Assembly: GCF_025965125.1 (NCBI RefSeq) | Contig: NZ_JAOPXM010000187.1 | DNA from: Nocardioides sp. | GTDB lineage: Bacteria; Actinomycetota; Actinomycetes; Propionibacteriales; Nocardioidaceae | Reading direction: 5' to 3' (one strand) | DNA length: 64,000 nt | Part shown: piece after piece, positions 61,458 to 64,000 of the stretch | Position numbering within the stretch: position 1 is the stretch's first letter | How the letters are laid out: the number at the start of each line of letters is the position of its first letter | The notes under the pieces: model-generated | The model's database searches: none | What the model saw: the letters and a program-made list of their open reading frames with translations, nothing else | Told to the model about the DNA's origin: nothing | Program-made: the position numbers and the translations under genes

Positions 61458-62033
61458 ATGACCGAGCTGGTGACTCCCGACGTCCGCTGGCACGAATCCT
61501 GGGCCGCCACCATCCGCGAGTTCGGCGACGAGTTCCCGCACGGCTCGGGGATCGGCGAGGGTGAAGTGCTCGAAGGCCGCGAGGCGTGCGAGGTGTTCGT
61601 CGCCGATCGTCTGCGGTACTCCGACCCGGCGCAGCAGATCGAGGCCAACCGGGTCCACGGCGACTACTTCTGGATCACCGACGGTGACCAGGTGATCGGG
61701 TTTCTCGCGCTTCGTCATGAGCTCAACGACTGGCTGCTGCGCGAGGGCGGTCACATCGGCTACTCCGTGCGGCCGTCGCGACGCCGGGAGGGTCACGCCG
61801 GGCGGGCGCTGGCGTTGGCACTGGAGCGGGCCCGCGAGCTAGGGCTGGATCGGGTGCTCCTCACCTGCGACGAGGACAACGTCGCGTCCCGTCGGACGAT
61901 CGAGGGCGGCGGCGGCGCCTACGAGGACACCCGCAACGGCAAGCAGCGCTTCTGGATCGACGTGGCGCCGGCTACCGCGCCGGGCCTGCCGGTCAGTCGT
62001 GCTCGGGGCGGTGCTGGCGCAGGACCCGCATGA
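61458..62033 (+). CDS. GNAT family N-acetyltransferase
   Basis: 'GHIGYSVRPSRRREGHAGRALALALERARELGLDRVLLTCDEDNVASRRTIE' is the GNAT acetyl-CoA-binding motif A region. Confidence 0.7.
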   Translation: MTELVTPDVRWHESWAATIREFGDEFPHGSGIGEGEVLEGREACEVFVADRLRYSDPAQQIEANRVHGDYFWITDGDQVIGFLALRHELNDWLLREGGHIGYSVRPSRRREGHAGRALALALERARELGLDRVLLTCDEDNVASRRTIEGGGGAYEDTRNGKQRFWIDVAPATAPGLPVSRARGGAGAGPA

Positions 62034-63735
62034 ACTCCTCGGCGTCCACCATGGAGGCGTCGACGACGTACGGCGCCATGCTGCGCCGCAGGAAGAGGAC
62101 CTTCCAGCCGCGCTCGCCGGGTCGCCCGACGACCTCGATGGGCGTGTAGCGGCTCGCGAGGTCGAAGACGAACCGTCCGTCCCCGGCCCGAATCTCCAGC
62201 TGACCGGACCTGACCGACAGGCGAGGCACGGTCGAGCCCGCGCGGACCGCCCAGACGACGAGCGTCAGGAGACCCAGAGTCCCGGCGACGCCCTGGTTGA
62301 ACGTGGTGCGGTCGTTGTAGGCGACGTACCCCGCCACCGCGGTAGCGGCCACGCTGATCAAGAGCAGGATCCCGACCAACCGGCGGGTCCCTGTCTTGGG
62401 CGCGAAGTCCACGTTGGTCGACCGGCCGACCGCCATCGGAGCTTCGGGCTGCGGGTCCGGGGCGGGTTCTCGCGCGGCCGAAACGGGGGCCGCGACGGCC
62501 TGTGTCTCGGCGGGCTCCGCAGCCGAGACGGGGCGCTTCTCTCGCTCGACGGGAACCGCCGGCGGGGACTTCTCGGCAGGAGGAGCCTCGGGCTTGGGTC
62601 GGGCTGCCGGTCGGCGACGCTTGGTGGGCTCGGGGGCGGCGACCTTGGCCGCCTCGAACGCGGCGAACACCTCCCGGCCCGCGTCGACGTGGTCCACCCG
62701 GGGGTCTGTCTCCTGCGCCGACTCCGCGGAGCTGAGGGCTTCTTCGGGTGCATCGCGCTGGGCTTCGGCGGTGGCTCTTGCCTCGGCTTGTTCGGCGGCG
62801 GCCTGTTCGGCTTCGGCCTGTTCGGCGGCGGCCCGTTCGGCGGCGGCCCGTTCGGCTTCGGCCTGTTCGGCTTCGGCCTGTTGCTGGGCGGCGCGCTCGG
62901 CCTGTTCGGCTTCGGCCTGTTGCTGGGCGGCGACCCGTTCAGCTTCGGCCTGTTGTTGGGCGGCGCGCTCGGCCCGTTCAGCTTCGGCCTGTTCGGCGGC
63001 GGCCTGTTCGGCGGCGGCCTGTTGTTGGGCGGCGCGCTCGGCCTGTTCGGCGGCGGCCTGTTCGGCTTCGGCCTGTTGTTGGGCGGCGGCCTGTGCCTGG
63101 GCGACACGGTCCTCGTCGGCCTGCTCGCGGGCGGCCCGCTCGGCCTGGACCAGTTCCTGAACCGCGGCCAGGTCAGGGACCGGGGCGGTGGCGATCGGGA
63201 CGTCGACCGGCACGGGGTCTACGTCCTTGCGTCGGCCCGTCAGCCGGGAGCGCCGTGTCTCGGCCCTCTTGCGTGCCGACGGGATGATCACCGGTTCGAA
63301 GTTGTCCGGCGTCACCGGATCCGAGGTGATCCGCGTGGCGGAGGGCGCCGCCAAAGCATCCAGGATCGAGCGGCCGACCTCGTTGCTGCGCAGCTGGCTG
63401 GAGATCTCGGCGGGCGTCTCAGTCTCGATGAGGAGCGCGAATTCGGGCTCCTCCTCGGAGTCGTCGGTCGGGAACGACTCGTCGAAGAGGGGGTCGACCT
63501 CAGGCTGACGGGACGCGGGTGCGGCATCGGCTTCGGGCTCGGGGTCCGACTCGGCCTCGGCCTCAAGCGCTGGATCGTCGACGGGCTGCGTCGCCGGGGC
63601 CGCGACGGGGGGCGGCGCGGGCACCGCCCGGTCTCCCTCGGCAGCCTTCTCGTCGTGGTGGGCCAACCATCGATCGAACAGGTCGAAGCCCGACTCGCTC
63701 GTGTCGTCGGACGCGCCGTCTTCCATGACTGTCAA
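61993..63735 (-). CDS. membrane protein with acidic N-terminus, Ala/Glu/Gln coiled-coil repeat region, two TM segments and a PH-like C-terminal domain
   Basis: 580-aa ORF. About 110 aa of (AEQAA/AEQAE/QQQAEAE) repeats, TMs LVGILLLISVAATAVAGYVAY and GTLGLLTLVVWAV, and a C-terminal 'LSVRSGQLEIRAGDGRFVFDL'. Confidence 0.65.
   Translation of the reverse strand: MTVMEDGASDDTSESGFDLFDRWLAHHDEKAAEGDRAVPAPPPVAAPATQPVDDPALEAEAESDPEPEADAAPASRQPEVDPLFDESFPTDDSEEEPEFALLIETETPAEISSQLRSNEVGRSILDALAAPSATRITSDPVTPDNFEPVIIPSARKRAETRRSRLTGRRKDVDPVPVDVPIATAPVPDLAAVQELVQAERAAREQADEDRVAQAQAAAQQQAEAEQAAAEQAERAAQQQAAAEQAAAEQAEAERAERAAQQQAEAERVAAQQQAEAEQAERAAQQQAEAEQAEAERAAAERAAAEQAEAEQAAAEQAEARATAEAQRDAPEEALSSAESAQETDPRVDHVDAGREVFAAFEAAKVAAPEPTKRRRPAARPKPEAPPAEKSPPAVPVEREKRPVSAAEPAETQAVAAPVSAAREPAPDPQPEAPMAVGRSTNVDFAPKTGTRRLVGILLLISVAATAVAGYVAYNDRTTFNQGVAGTLGLLTLVVWAVRAGSTVPRLSVRSGQLEIRAGDGRFVFDLASRYTPIEVVGRPGERGWKVLFLRRSMAPYVVDASMVDAEEFMRVLRQHRPEHD
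62780..63100. repeat. imperfect tandem DNA repeats (15-bp unit GGCCTGTTCGGC[GT][GT]C and derivatives) inside the CDS
   Basis: Read directly; more than 15 consecutive related units. Confidence 0.85.
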
Positions 63736-63818
63736 AACTACGCCGTGGGGCGGGCGTTATGCCGCGCTTCGCCGTGTCTGCTCGAGTGTCGGACCCGATC
63801 TCGGCAGCGTGGCGCCCT

Positions 63819-64000
63819 TCAGCGCATGGTCCCAACGCCGGGGATGAGCGGGAGGTCGAGCGCGGTGACCCACCCGGACGGCAGGGCGTTGACGGCAGGT
63901 ACGGCGTTCAGCGCCCGCATCCCGGTGGCCAGGCAGCCGGCCGCGGCCGCGTCGCGTCCCGACCCGTCGGTGAACCTGAACGCCGTCTCCTGGCTGATCG
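63819..64000 (-). CDS. 3' end of an unidentified gene (5' part outside window)
   Basis: The minus-strand frame is open to the window edge and ends ...GWVTALDLPLIPGVGTMR-stop (TGA, complement of 63819-63821). GC3 is high. No motif recognised. Confidence 0.4.
   Translation of the reverse strand, partial: ISQETAFRFTDGSGRDAAAAGCLATGMRALNAVPAVNALPSGWVTALDLPLIPGVGTMR

Noticed and set aside
62780-63100. Regular short repeats that could superficially suggest a CRISPR array.
   Set aside because: The units are 15 bp with no unique spacers. They lie inside an uninterrupted ORF and translate into an Ala/Glu/Gln repeat, so this is a coding tandem repeat.
1-64000. Mobile-element genes, defence systems (restriction-modification, toxin-antitoxin, CRISPR-Cas, retron, abortive-infection types), prophage genes and rRNA.
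   Set aside because: No transposase DDE, integrase (R…HxxR…Y), reverse transcriptase, Cas, methyltransferase or phage structural motifs were seen in any credible frame. The search was by eye only.

Overview
High-GC (about 70% by eye) actinobacterial chromosome segment. The gene content looks Nocardioidaceae/Propionibacteriales-like, but that is inference only. The backbone is the dispersed de novo purine pathway (purD'-purB, purC, purS-purQ, purL, purF-purM-DUF3073), interleaved with unrelated genes. These include acylphosphatase, two sulfotransferases, an acyl-CoA ligase, two MFS exporters each with a divergent regulator (TetR, ArsR-like), an M20 dipeptidase, an IorB/IorA-type molybdo-oxidoreductase and a Leu/Val dehydrogenase. 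Further on are a tail-anchored Ser/Thr kinase divergent from an ECF sigma factor, a GH44 glycosidase, type II NADH dehydrogenase, a crcB pair, and tRNA-Phe, tRNA-Glu and tRNA-Asp.

I saw no transposase, integrase, CRISPR array, rRNA or recognisable defence system.

The most unusual region is 38.8-49.2 kb, a cluster of exported proteins. It holds a Calx-beta protein with a duplicated unknown domain, a roughly 1,710-aa secreted protein built from degenerate modules I cannot assign to any family, and a discoidin-domain lipoprotein. Next to it (49.2-54.4 kb) is a lower-GC block carrying a LuxR-type LAL regulator and two hydrolases, which ends at the 3' end of tRNA-Phe.

Several non-coding structures stand out:
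- a roughly 60-bp inverted-repeat element present twice in opposite orientation, bracketing a 4.3-kb cassette just upstream of purF;
- twin perfect 24-bp palindromes downstream of the DUF3073 gene;
- perfect palindromic operators in two regulator/target divergent regions;
- a recurrent TANNNT-N6-start-codon geometry suggesting leaderless transcripts.

Many long ORFs in the supplied track are antisense artefacts of high GC and were not called. All functional calls rest on motifs read by eye; no database search was possible.
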